Source: Candidatus Fervidifonticultor sextus
GTDB taxonomy: Bacteria > Sysuimicrobiota > Sysuimicrobiia > Sysuimicrobiales > Humicultoraceae
Direction of reading: 5' to 3'
Assembly: GCA_031459875.1 (NCBI GenBank)
Contig: JAVKHQ010000001.1
Coordinates: 1 to 64,000 of the forward strand
Length of the DNA stretch: 64,000 nucleotides
Below are positions 1 to 9,649 of this stretch, one piece after another. The notes beneath the pieces are model-generated. The model made no database searches. It was not told where the DNA came from and worked only from the letters and a program-made list of their open reading frames with translations. Made by a program: the position numbers and the translations under genes. Position 1 is the stretch's first letter; every line of letters starts with the position of its first letter.

Positions 1-1
1 G

Positions 2-319
2 GGTCAAGCAACCCCTGTGGATGCCGTGCTAGCGGCTATCGAACGGCTGGGCGCTCGGATCGCCGTCGTGGCGGCGACACTCCCGGAGCACCTCGAGCCC
101 TGGGTCGCCGCCCGCGAGACGGTCGAGGACCTCCATCGGCACGGTACGGCAATCGTATGGGGCGGCCCCGGCGCGGCATCCGCGGCGGCGCGAGGCCTGC
201 CCGGCCCGGCCGCCCTCACCATCGACGACGCCGTCGTGGCGGTCGTCGGGTTGCTCGAGCGGACGACGCCGGCGCGCGGTGAAGCGCGCGTGAGGGGATC
301 AGACCAGCGCCAGCGATGA
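2..319 (+). CDS. 3' end of a cobalamin (B12)-binding domain protein, possibly a CarH/LitR-like regulator (partial)
   Basis: Frame open from the window edge: GQATPVDAVLAAI...IAVVAAT...IVWGGPG resembles the C-terminal part of a B12-binding Rossmann domain; N-terminus lies outside the window. Confidence 0.4.
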   Translation, partial: GQATPVDAVLAAIERLGARIAVVAATLPEHLEPWVAARETVEDLHRHGTAIVWGGPGAASAAARGLPGPAALTIDDAVVAVVGLLERTTPARGEARVRGSDQRQR

Positions 320-541
320 GGGCCCGACTCGAGAGGGCTTCCTCGATGTAAGCCCCACCGACGGCCTGACGTCCGCGCCCGTCCCGCCCACCGTTCTCTA
401 GGTCTAGAGATTCATAGATGAGAGGGCAGACGGTCGCTGCACGGGCACCGCGTCGGACCCCTTGTCTGGCCGACTCCCGGGCGCCCTGCGAACAATCTCG
501 CCGCAGGAGCGTGCGGCGACCTCGGCCGTTGGTTCGACAGG

Positions 542-571
542 TGGACATCCCGGCGGCCGCACGGGTATAAT
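542..571 (+). promoter_or_regulatory. sigma70-type promoter of the T-box/valS transcript
   Basis: TGGACA (542-547), 18 bp spacer, TATAAT (566-571), immediately before the T-box leader. Confidence 0.65.
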
Positions 572-584
572 GGCACCCGCAGGC

Positions 585-822
585 CACGACGGGGAGGAGT
601 AGGTCGGCGGCGCCCCAAGCGAGGAAGGCCCATCGGGTGTGAGGCCGTCCGGAAGCGAACCGATCGAACGTCGCCCCTGAGCCGCAGCCTGAAAGCCGAG
701 TAGGGCTGCCGGGTCCGCCCGAGAACGCGGGTGCGAGTGCCGGTTGGGGGACCCCGACCGGCGATCGAGGTGGTACCGCGGAGCGCCGCTTCGCCCTTGG
801 CGAGCGGCGTTGCTGTTTGTGC
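585..822 (+). promoter_or_regulatory. T-box riboswitch (Val specifier GUC) upstream of valS
   Basis: Stem I with GAGTA and GAAC-GTC specifier (GTC 670-672); T-box GAGGTGGTACCGCG (767-780); followed by a terminator hairpin. Confidence 0.9.
782..820 (+). terminator. T-box intrinsic terminator
   Basis: GCGCCGCTTCGCC-CTT-GGCGAGCGGCGT hairpin followed by TGCTGTTTGT. Confidence 0.7.
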
Positions 823-860
823 GCCGGATCAGCACCATCGCCGGCGACGGAGGGAACAGG

Positions 861-3542
861 ATGTCCAAGGGCAGATCGCGTCCATCGGGCCGGACCACGG
901 CTGTGGGCGAGCGGAAGACGCCGTACAATCCCCTGGCGGTCGAGCCCAGGCGCTACCAGGAGTGGCTGGAGGGCGGCTACTTCCACGCGCCGGTCGACCC
1001 TACCCGCAGGCCCTTCTGCATCATGATGCCCCTGCCCAACATCACCGGCAGCCTCCACATGGGCCACGCGCTCAACCACACGATCCAGGACCTCCTGACG
1101 CGCTGGCGGCGGATGCAGGGATACAACGCCATGTGGCTGCCGGGCACCGACCACGCCAGCATCGCGACCCACGTGGTCATGGAGCGGGAGCTCGCAAAGG
1201 AAGGCAAGACGCGCTTCGACCTGGGCCGCGAGAAGTTCCTGGAGTTCGCCTGGCAGTGGAAGGCGAAGTACGGGGACCTGATCTACAGCCAGATCCGGCG
1301 CATGGGCAATAGTTGCGACTGGGACCGCGTGACCTTCACCATGGACCCCGCCTACTATGACGCGGTCATCGAGTGCTTCCTGCGCCTCTACCAGAAAGGC
1401 TACATCTACTACGGCAAGCGGATGATCAACTGGTGTCCGAAGGACCTGACCAGCGTGTCGGACCTGGAGGTGAACTACCAGACCGTCCAGAGCCACCTCT
1501 GGTACGTCCGGTACCCGGGCGCCGACGGCGGCGGGGGGGTGGTCATCGCCACCCAGCGGCCGGAGACCATCCTGGCGGACGTGGCGGTCGCGGTCCACCC
1601 CGACGACGAACGGTACGCAGGGCTGGTGGGCCGCCAGGTGATCGTCCCCATCGTCCACCGCCGGGTGCCGGTGATCGCCGATCGGCGCGTGGATCCGGCG
1701 TTCGGAACCGGGGCGTTGAAGATCACCCCGGGCCACGACCCGCTCGACCATGAGATCGGGGCGGCGCACGGCCTGCCGGTCCTGGTGATCCTGGACGAGC
1801 GGGGCCGCATGACCGCCGAGACCGGGGCCTATGCAGGCATGGACCGCTTCGAGGCCCGCGAGGCCGTGGCCCGCGACCTGGAGGCCGCCGGGCTCGTGGA
1901 GCGCAAGGAACCCTACGCCACCAACGTCGGGCTGTGCGACCGGTGCCGGACCGTGCTGGAGCCGTACATTACGGACCAGTGGTTCTGCCGGATGGAGGCG
2001 CTGGCCCGGCCGGCGATCGACGTGGTGCGGCAGGGGAGGGTGCGGTTTCACCCGGAGCGGTGGACCAAAGTCTACCTCGACTGGATGGAGCACATCCACG
2101 ACTGGAACATCAGCCGGCGCCTGTGGTTTGGCCACCGGATCCCGGTCTGGCACTGCGCCAACGGGCACCAAGTGGCCGGCCGCCAGGCCCCGGTTCGCTG
2201 CCCCCACTGCGGGGGGAGCGACCTCCAGCAGGAAGAGCAGATCCTGGACACCTGGTTCTCATCGGCGGCATGGCCCTTCGCGACCCTGGGCTGGCCGAAG
2301 GACACGCCGGATCTGCGCTATTTCTACCCGACCAGCGTGCTGGTGACCGGCCGGGACATCATCTTCCTGTGGGTCGCCCGCATGATCATGTTCGGATTGG
2401 AGTTCGTGGGCGACGTCCCGTTCACCGACGTGTACATCAACCCGACGGTGCTGAACATCCAAGGCCGGCGCATGAGCAAGTCGCTGGGCACCGGGCTCGA
2501 TCCGCTCGACTACGTGGAACAGGGCTACGGCGCTGACGCCCTGCGCTTTGCCCTGACCCTGCGCTGCTCCCAGGGCCAGCAGGACCTGCGCTTCGGCGAG
2601 AAGATGCTGGAAGACGTCCGCAACTTCAACAACAAGCTCTGGAACGCGGCGCGGTTCGTGCGGATGCACCTGGGCGATTTCACCCCCGCCGCCGGCGTGC
2701 GACCCGCGGCCTGCAGCCTTTTCGACCGCTGGATCCGCAGCCGCTATGGGCGGCTGATCGGAGAGGTGACGGCCTCGCTGGAGGCCTTCGATTTCGACAA
2801 GGTGGCCCGTGCGCTGTACGACTTCGTGTGGTCGGAGTACTGCGACTGGTATGTGGAACTCGCGAAGGTGGATCTCTACCGGCCGGACCTGGATCCGGTC
2901 CGCCGGCTGGCGATCCAGCACACCCTCTGGCAGGTCCTGGAGGGCACCCTGCGGCTGCTCCACCCGATCATCCCGCACATCACCGAGGAGATCTGGCAGG
3001 CGCTGCCCCATCAGGGGAAGAGCATCATGATCGCGCCGTGGCCCGGGCTCGGGGATGCCGAGGTCGACGAAGCGGCCGAGGAAGGGATGGCAACTATCAC
3101 GGCCGTGGTCCGCGCGATCCGGTCGATGCGCGCCGATCTCGGCATGGCGCCCCAGACCCCGGTGGCGCCGGTGCTCCGGGCGGGCGATCGGACGCGAGAG
3201 CTGCTGGAAGCACACCGGGACTATGTGGCGACGCTGGCCAGGGCTCCGGGCCTGGCCTTCGCCGGGGGCGGCGTGCGGCCCCGGTGGGCCGTGGGCACCG
3301 TGGTCGAGGGTGTCGAGGTGTCCATCGAGGTGGCCGAGGCCGATCGGGCACGGGCGCGCAGGCGCCTGACCGCCGAACTGGCTGCTGCAAAGGCTGAACT
3401 CGACAGGACCATCCGGAGGCTCCAGGATGCGGCGTTCTTGAGCCGGGCCCCGGCCGAGGTCGTAGAAGAGGACCGCCGCCGCGAGGCGGTCCTCCGCGAC
3501 CGAACACACGTGCTCGCCGGGTACCTGGCCGCGCTGGACTGA
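861..3542 (+). CDS. valS: valine--tRNA ligase
   Basis: PNITGSLHMGH (HIGH), DWNISRRLWFGHRIP, RMSKS (KMSKS variant), C-terminal coiled coil; ATG 861 after GGAGGG. Confidence 0.97.
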   Translation: MSKGRSRPSGRTTAVGERKTPYNPLAVEPRRYQEWLEGGYFHAPVDPTRRPFCIMMPLPNITGSLHMGHALNHTIQDLLTRWRRMQGYNAMWLPGTDHASIATHVVMERELAKEGKTRFDLGREKFLEFAWQWKAKYGDLIYSQIRRMGNSCDWDRVTFTMDPAYYDAVIECFLRLYQKGYIYYGKRMINWCPKDLTSVSDLEVNYQTVQSHLWYVRYPGADGGGGVVIATQRPETILADVAVAVHPDDERYAGLVGRQVIVPIVHRRVPVIADRRVDPAFGTGALKITPGHDPLDHEIGAAHGLPVLVILDERGRMTAETGAYAGMDRFEAREAVARDLEAAGLVERKEPYATNVGLCDRCRTVLEPYITDQWFCRMEALARPAIDVVRQGRVRFHPERWTKVYLDWMEHIHDWNISRRLWFGHRIPVWHCANGHQVAGRQAPVRCPHCGGSDLQQEEQILDTWFSSAAWPFATLGWPKDTPDLRYFYPTSVLVTGRDIIFLWVARMIMFGLEFVGDVPFTDVYINPTVLNIQGRRMSKSLGTGLDPLDYVEQGYGADALRFALTLRCSQGQQDLRFGEKMLEDVRNFNNKLWNAARFVRMHLGDFTPAAGVRPAACSLFDRWIRSRYGRLIGEVTASLEAFDFDKVARALYDFVWSEYCDWYVELAKVDLYRPDLDPVRRLAIQHTLWQVLEGTLRLLHPIIPHITEEIWQALPHQGKSIMIAPWPGLGDAEVDEAAEEGMATITAVVRAIRSMRADLGMAPQTPVAPVLRAGDRTRELLEAHRDYVATLARAPGLAFAGGGVRPRWAVGTVVEGVEVSIEVAEADRARARRRLTAELAAAKAELDRTIRRLQDAAFLSRAPAEVVEEDRRREAVLRDRTHVLAGYLAALD

Positions 3543-3551
3543 GACCTCCGC

Positions 3552-4184
3552 GTGGGAGATATCCGGCGAAACCGGAGGAGATCATTCGCGCGTGACGAAG
3601 AGGCCGGTGTGCGTCCGAATACGCCACTGGTCGGTCTGACCCTCGTCGGGCTGTTTGTGCTTTCCCTGGTCGTCGGCTACGTGGTCGGCGAACGCTACCT
3701 CAAGCCGACTCCGCCCGGCGCGCCCGGTGCCGCAGCGCCGGGGGGGGTGTTGCCGCCTCCGACCGTGCCGCCGCGTTCCGGCGGACCGACCCCCCGGCGT
3801 CTGGCTCCCCCAGGCCCCGCGGCGCCGACCCCCCAGGTCACCCCGGGTGCGGCCACACCGCCGCAGGCGCCGGCACCGGAGGTCTCCCCGGCGCCCCGGG
3901 CTCCCACGCCGGCTCCTGCGGCCACCGAACGGCCCGCGCCTCCTGCCCCCGCCGAAGTCCCGCCTGCCGGCGCGCTGTACAAGGTCCAGGTGGGCGCTTT
4001 TGCGGTCAGGGCCAATGCGGAGGAGCGGATGGCGGCGTTGCGGGCCGATGGCTTCGAGGCTTACATCGTCAGGGAGGGAGGGCTGTACAAGGTCCGCGTC
4101 GGCGCGTTCCGCCACCGGGGCAGCGCCGACGAACTGGCCAGGCAGGTGCGGGCCAGGGGCTACGAGGTGACCATCGTCCGCTAG
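3552..4184 (+). CDS. SPOR domain-containing membrane-anchored protein (FtsN/DedD-like)
   Basis: N-terminal TM helix, Pro/Ala-rich linker, C-terminal YKVQVGAF...NA...YKVRVG SPOR domain. Confidence 0.85.
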   Translation: MGDIRRNRRRSFARDEEAGVRPNTPLVGLTLVGLFVLSLVVGYVVGERYLKPTPPGAPGAAAPGGVLPPPTVPPRSGGPTPRRLAPPGPAAPTPQVTPGAATPPQAPAPEVSPAPRAPTPAPAATERPAPPAPAEVPPAGALYKVQVGAFAVRANAEERMAALRADGFEAYIVREGGLYKVRVGAFRHRGSADELARQVRARGYEVTIVR

Positions 4185-4325
4185 CATCGCTGCGGCGCAT
4201 CCCCCAGGACGGAGGCTCCCATGCGTCACCTCACCCTACAGGGACATGACGACGCGCCGGATCGGTTACGCCACCCGGGCAACCCGGACGCGGCCCCCCC
4301 ACGAGGCATGACGGGAGGCGGACGG

Positions 4326-5099
4326 ATGGCATACGTCAATATCGTGCTCGAACAGGACGGACCCGTGGCGGTCATCACCCTGAACCGGCCCAGGGTCCTC
4401 AACGCGCTCAACCAGGAGACGATGGATGAGCTGGTCGCCGCCCTGGAGGCGTTGGACCGCGACGACGCCACCCGCTGCATCATCCTGACCGGCAGTGAGC
4501 GGGCGTTCGCAGCCGGCGCAGACGTGACCGAGATGGCGGACGCGACCCCGGTCCAGATGCTGGCGGGCTACCGGTTCCAGCAGTGGGACCGCATTCGGAA
4601 GATCAGCAAGCCGCTCATCGCCGCGGTGCGCGGGTTCGCCCTGGGCGGGGGCTGCGAACTCGCGATGCTCTGCGACATGGTCGTCGCCGGGGAGGGCGCC
4701 CGCTTCGGCCAGCCCGAGATCAACCTGGGGATCATGCCGGGCGCCGGCGGCACCCAGCGCCTGACGCGGGCCGCGGGCAAGGCGCGGGCCATGGAATTGA
4801 TCCTGACCGGACGGCACATGACCGCCGCGGAGGCGGAGCGGATGGGGCTGCTCACCCGCGTCGTCCCAGACGAGGTGGTCCTCGACGAGGCCAAGCGACT
4901 CGCCCGCGCCATCGCCGAGAAGCCACCGGTCGCCGTCCGCATGGCCAAAGAGGCGGTGCTCAAGGCTTTCGACACCACCCTGGAGGCCGGGCTGGACTAC
5001 GAGCGCAAGGCCTTCTACCTGCTGTTTGCCACCGAGGATCGGACCGAAGGCATCCGGGCCTTCCTGGCCAAGCGGCCTCCGGTCTTCCAAGGCCGTTAG
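4326..5099 (+). CDS. enoyl-CoA hydratase (crotonase, PaaF-like)
   Basis: AFAAGAD, ALGGGCELAM, FGQPEINLGIMPGAGGTQRL motifs; ATG 4326 after GGAGG. Confidence 0.92.
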   Translation: MAYVNIVLEQDGPVAVITLNRPRVLNALNQETMDELVAALEALDRDDATRCIILTGSERAFAAGADVTEMADATPVQMLAGYRFQQWDRIRKISKPLIAAVRGFALGGGCELAMLCDMVVAGEGARFGQPEINLGIMPGAGGTQRLTRAAGKARAMELILTGRHMTAAEAERMGLLTRVVPDEVVLDEAKRLARAIAEKPPVAVRMAKEAVLKAFDTTLEAGLDYERKAFYLLFATEDRTEGIRAFLAKRPPVFQGR

Positions 5100-5179
5100 C
5101 CGCTGCCCGACGGAGGAACCCGTGGACGCTGACGCATACCGGCCGCCCTGGGAGACACTGAGGCGGGGTGAGAGGCAGC

Positions 5180-6448
<1,269 letters not shown>

Positions 6449-6479
6449 GGTCGGTGACGCCGGGAGGCGTCGGCTGCGG

Positions 6480-7043
6480 CTAGCGCCTCACGGCGTGGGT
6501 TTGCAGGTGGGCCCGCGCCAGGGCGCACAGCGACGCCGGGTCGACATCCGGATCGAGCACCCGGTCGCGTGGGATCACCAGCGGGACCCGCAGCGCGTAC
6601 CCTCCCGCCAGCGTGACGGTGACGTCACGAGCATCCTCGACGACCTCGACCTCGGCGCCTGGGAGGAGCTGACAGGCGACCTCCTCGACCATCAGCCGGA
6701 ACCGGTCCAGGCCGGCGTAGTGGTGGAGCACGTGCAGCGCCCGTGCACGGGCCTCTTTAACATCCCGGCCGCGGATGGGGGCACGCAGGTACTGGGACGC
6801 CCGCCCGCCCCGGCGCCCTTCCCAGATGCGAACCTCATAGCGTCCGGGGGGCAGCGGCCCCTCGAATACGAGCACGAAACGCCGGCCCAGCACGTCGGCC
6901 GGTTCTTCCCACCGCGTCGAGCGAGGCGGTCCGCCCACAATGCAGGGGTTGGCGAGCAGGGGGAGGGGATTCCTCTCTGTTGGCGCCTGCGCGCCGCCTG
7001 GCGCCGGGAGGGGGCTGCTGGCCGGACGGTACCGTGGGAGCAA
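6480..7043 (-). CDS. hypothetical protein divergent from lexA (start uncertain)
   Basis: 187-aa ORF filling the gap between thiolase and lexA, with protein-like composition in its C-terminal 150 aa; no family recognised. Confidence 0.6.
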   Translation of the reverse strand: MLPRYRPASSPLPAPGGAQAPTERNPLPLLANPCIVGGPPRSTRWEEPADVLGRRFVLVFEGPLPPGRYEVRIWEGRRGGRASQYLRAPIRGRDVKEARARALHVLHHYAGLDRFRLMVEEVACQLLPGAEVEVVEDARDVTVTLAGGYALRVPLVIPRDRVLDPDVDPASLCALARAHLQTHAVRR

Positions 7044-7045
7044 TT

Positions 7046-7073
7046 ACTTAACATAAGAGTCATTATGCGAAGT
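7046..7073 (-). other. dif: dif site (XerC/XerD chromosome dimer resolution site)
   Basis: Minus strand ACTTCGCATAA-TGACTC-TTATGTTAAGT: 11-6-11 layout matching E. coli dif GGTGCGCATAA-TGTATA-TTATGTTAAAT; AT-rich, intergenic, near the gene-orientation switch. Confidence 0.9.
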
Positions 7074-7097
7074 TCTGCGCACCACATCCCAGCCAAC

Positions 7098-7111
7098 CGA
7101 ACACGTGTTTG
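7098..7111 (+). promoter_or_regulatory. LexA (SOS) box upstream of lexA
   Basis: CGAAC-ACGT-GTTTG, Gram-positive GAAC-N4-GTTY type, overlapping the -35 element. Confidence 0.85.
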
Positions 7112-7137
7112 CATCCCGGGCCCTGAGCTGCTATCAT
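7109..7137 (+). promoter_or_regulatory. lexA promoter
   Basis: TTGCAT (7109-7114), 17 bp, TATCAT (7132-7137) with extended TG. Confidence 0.7.
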
Positions 7138-7168
7138 GAGGACGGCGAACACGTCGCGGGGGATGCGT

Positions 7169-7780
7169 ATGGCCTCACGGTTGACCGGCCGACAGCAGGA
7201 GATCTTGACCTTCGTGCAGCGCTACATCGAGTCGCACGGCTATCCTCCCTCGGTGCGCGAGATCGGTCAGGCGATGGGCCTGACCAGCAGTTCCACCGTG
7301 CACAGCCACCTGGGGGCGCTGGAGCGCAAGGGTTTCCTGCGGCGCGACCCCAGCAAGCCGCGCGCGCTCGAACTGCTGCGCGACGGGGTCGGACCGCACC
7401 GCCGCGTGGTCGCGCTTCCGGTCGTCGGCCGGGTCGCCGCGGGCACGCCGGTTTTGGCCGAGCAGAACATCGAGGACTACCTGCCGCTCCCGGCCGACCT
7501 CCTCAACGGCGCCGACGGCTTCGTGCTGCGGGTCCGCGGCGACAGCATGATCGACGATGGCATCCAGGACGGGGACCTGCTCATCGTGCGGCGCCAGCAG
7601 ACCGCCAACAATGGCGATATCGTGGTCGCGCGCGTGGACGACGAAGCGACAGTGAAGCGGTTCTATCGCGAGGGCGACCGGATCCGGCTCCAGCCGGCCA
7701 ACGCGCGGCTCTCGCCGGTCTTCGTGCGAGACGTCGCCATCGAAGGCAAGGCCATCGCGATCCTCCGGCGCCTGGCCTAG
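7169..7780 (+). CDS. lexA: SOS transcriptional repressor LexA
   Basis: LTGRQQEIL...GYPPSVREIG HTH, VAAG cleavage site, GDSM catalytic Ser, TVKR catalytic Lys (alternative start 7163). Confidence 0.97.
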   Translation: MASRLTGRQQEILTFVQRYIESHGYPPSVREIGQAMGLTSSSTVHSHLGALERKGFLRRDPSKPRALELLRDGVGPHRRVVALPVVGRVAAGTPVLAEQNIEDYLPLPADLLNGADGFVLRVRGDSMIDDGIQDGDLLIVRRQQTANNGDIVVARVDDEATVKRFYREGDRIRLQPANARLSPVFVRDVAIEGKAIAILRRLA

Positions 7781-7787
7781 CCGTCCC

Positions 7788-9533
7788 CTAGCGCTCGGCG
7801 GGCGCGCGCAGCGCCCGCAGTTGAACCGCCAGCGGTCCCGGGAGTTCGGCGTCCACGGTGATCCCGGCGGCACCGTAGCGTTGGGCCAGCACGCGGCCTT
7901 CGGCGTGCAGGCGCGCCAGCAGTCTTCCCTCGTCGTAGGGGATCCGCACGCGCACCCGAATCCACGGTTCCGGGAGTCGGCGCGCGATTGTGTGCAGCAG
8001 CTCGTCTAGGCCGTCGCCGCGGACGGCGGAGACGACTACCGCGTCCGGATCTTCCGCCCGCAGGCGGCGGATCTCCTCCGGGCTCAGCCGGTCCGCCTTG
8101 TTGAACACGGTCACAAGCGGCCGGTCGCCCGCCCCGAGGTCTTCCAGGATTTCGTGGACGACCCGCGCCTGGCGTTCCCGGTCGGGGTGGCTGGCGTCCA
8201 CGACGTGCAGCAGGAGGTCGGCGTGGACGACCTCTTCCAGCGTGCCGCGAAATGCCGCGATCAACTCCGTGGGGAGCCGCTGGATGAACCCAACCGTGTC
8301 GGCCAGCACCACCACACGCCGGGTGGGCAGGACCAGGCGCCGCACCAGGGGATCCAGCGTGGCGAACAACCGGTCTTCCACGAAGGCATCGGCACCGGTC
8401 AAAGCGTTGAGCAGGGTGGACTTGCCCGCATTCGTGTATCCGACCAGCGCGACCTGCGCCGTGGCGGCATCCCGGCGCGGGGCTCGCTGCCGGCCGCGGT
8501 GGCGCTGGATGGCATCGATCTCCCGCTGGAGGTCGGTGATCCGCTGGCGGATGCGCCGGCGGTCCACTTCCAGTTTCGTCTCGCCGGGTCCCCGCGTGCC
8601 GATGCCGCCGCCCAGGCGCGACAGCCAGACCCCCCGGCCGGTCAGCCGGGGCAGCAGGTAGGTCATCTGGGCCAGTTCCACCTGCAGCCGGCCCTCGCGG
8701 CTGCGGGCCCGCTGCGCGAAGATGTCCAGCACCAGGGCCGTGCGGTCCAGGACCTTGACGCCCAGGTCCTGTTCCAACGTGCGCTGTTGGACCGGAGTCA
8801 ACTCCTCATCCACGATGACGACGGTGGCGTCGTGCACCTCGGTGGCGCGGCGGACCTCCTCCACCTTCCCCCGTCCCAGGAACCGTGCCGGATCGGCCCG
8901 CCCGCGGCGCTGGACGACGGTGGCGAGCGGCACGGCGCCGGCGGTTTCGGCCAGGTGCGCGAGTTCGTCCAGGGAGCGGCCGTCGTCGCCCCGGTCCAGG
9001 CCCACCAGGACGGCCCGCTCGGGCTCGCCGGCACCGGTCGGAACGAGCGGCTCGGCACGGCGGGCCGTTTCCGCCTGGCGGGCGCGGGATGCCAGTTCGA
9101 GATGGCCGAGCGCGTCCAGCCCGTAGGGGCCCTCGAGGGCCGGGGCGCCATCCCCCTCGCGCCGGCCGCGTTGAGCCGGCCCCAGCACCCACAGCTCGGT
9201 GGGCCGGCCGCGGGACGTGCCGGTGGTCAGGACCAGGTCCAGGCCGAGCCGGTCGAGCACGCGGGCGTCGCCCTCATCGGGGCGGCCGTCGGGCTGCGGA
9301 TGGGCCTCGATGTACCGCAGGCCGACACCGCGGCCGCCGGATCGGCGGCGGATGTCTTCCACGAGTTCCTGCCACCGGCGGCTGACGACCACGTGGGTGA
9401 CGGCGCCATGCCGGTCGAGGAAGACTCCCACTTCGCGCCGGAGGGCCTGGGCGAGGTGACACAGGATCTCCACAAGATCCCGCCCGGCGAGCCGGTTGTG
9501 CGGCGCCCGGCGACGGCCGAGCGCCTCCAGCAT
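7788..9533 (-). CDS. hflX: GTPase HflX, long form with N-terminal extension (true start probably ~9584-9590)
   Basis: GGGIGTRGPGETKLE, GYTNAGKST, LFATLDP, DTVGF, NKAD motifs. Confidence 0.95.
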   Translation of the reverse strand: MLEALGRRRAPHNRLAGRDLVEILCHLAQALRREVGVFLDRHGAVTHVVVSRRWQELVEDIRRRSGGRGVGLRYIEAHPQPDGRPDEGDARVLDRLGLDLVLTTGTSRGRPTELWVLGPAQRGRREGDGAPALEGPYGLDALGHLELASRARQAETARRAEPLVPTGAGEPERAVLVGLDRGDDGRSLDELAHLAETAGAVPLATVVQRRGRADPARFLGRGKVEEVRRATEVHDATVVIVDEELTPVQQRTLEQDLGVKVLDRTALVLDIFAQRARSREGRLQVELAQMTYLLPRLTGRGVWLSRLGGGIGTRGPGETKLEVDRRRIRQRITDLQREIDAIQRHRGRQRAPRRDAATAQVALVGYTNAGKSTLLNALTGADAFVEDRLFATLDPLVRRLVLPTRRVVVLADTVGFIQRLPTELIAAFRGTLEEVVHADLLLHVVDASHPDRERQARVVHEILEDLGAGDRPLVTVFNKADRLSPEEIRRLRAEDPDAVVVSAVRGDGLDELLHTIARRLPEPWIRVRVRIPYDEGRLLARLHAEGRVLAQRYGAAGITVDAELPGPLAVQLRALRAPAER

Positions 9534-9649
9534 CTGTCGGTGCGTCGGCTCGATCGTGCGCGGGATGCCCAGCAGGATCGCGATCGGCAGGTCCCCTCCC
9601 CTACCCGCCCCGGGCTCGCTGGTGGCCGCGGGTCGGCCCCACGAGCGTT

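Noticed and set aside
7146..7159. Second LexA half-site CGAAC-ACGT downstream of the lexA promoter
   Set aside because: The right half (CGCGG) does not match GTTY; at most a weak site
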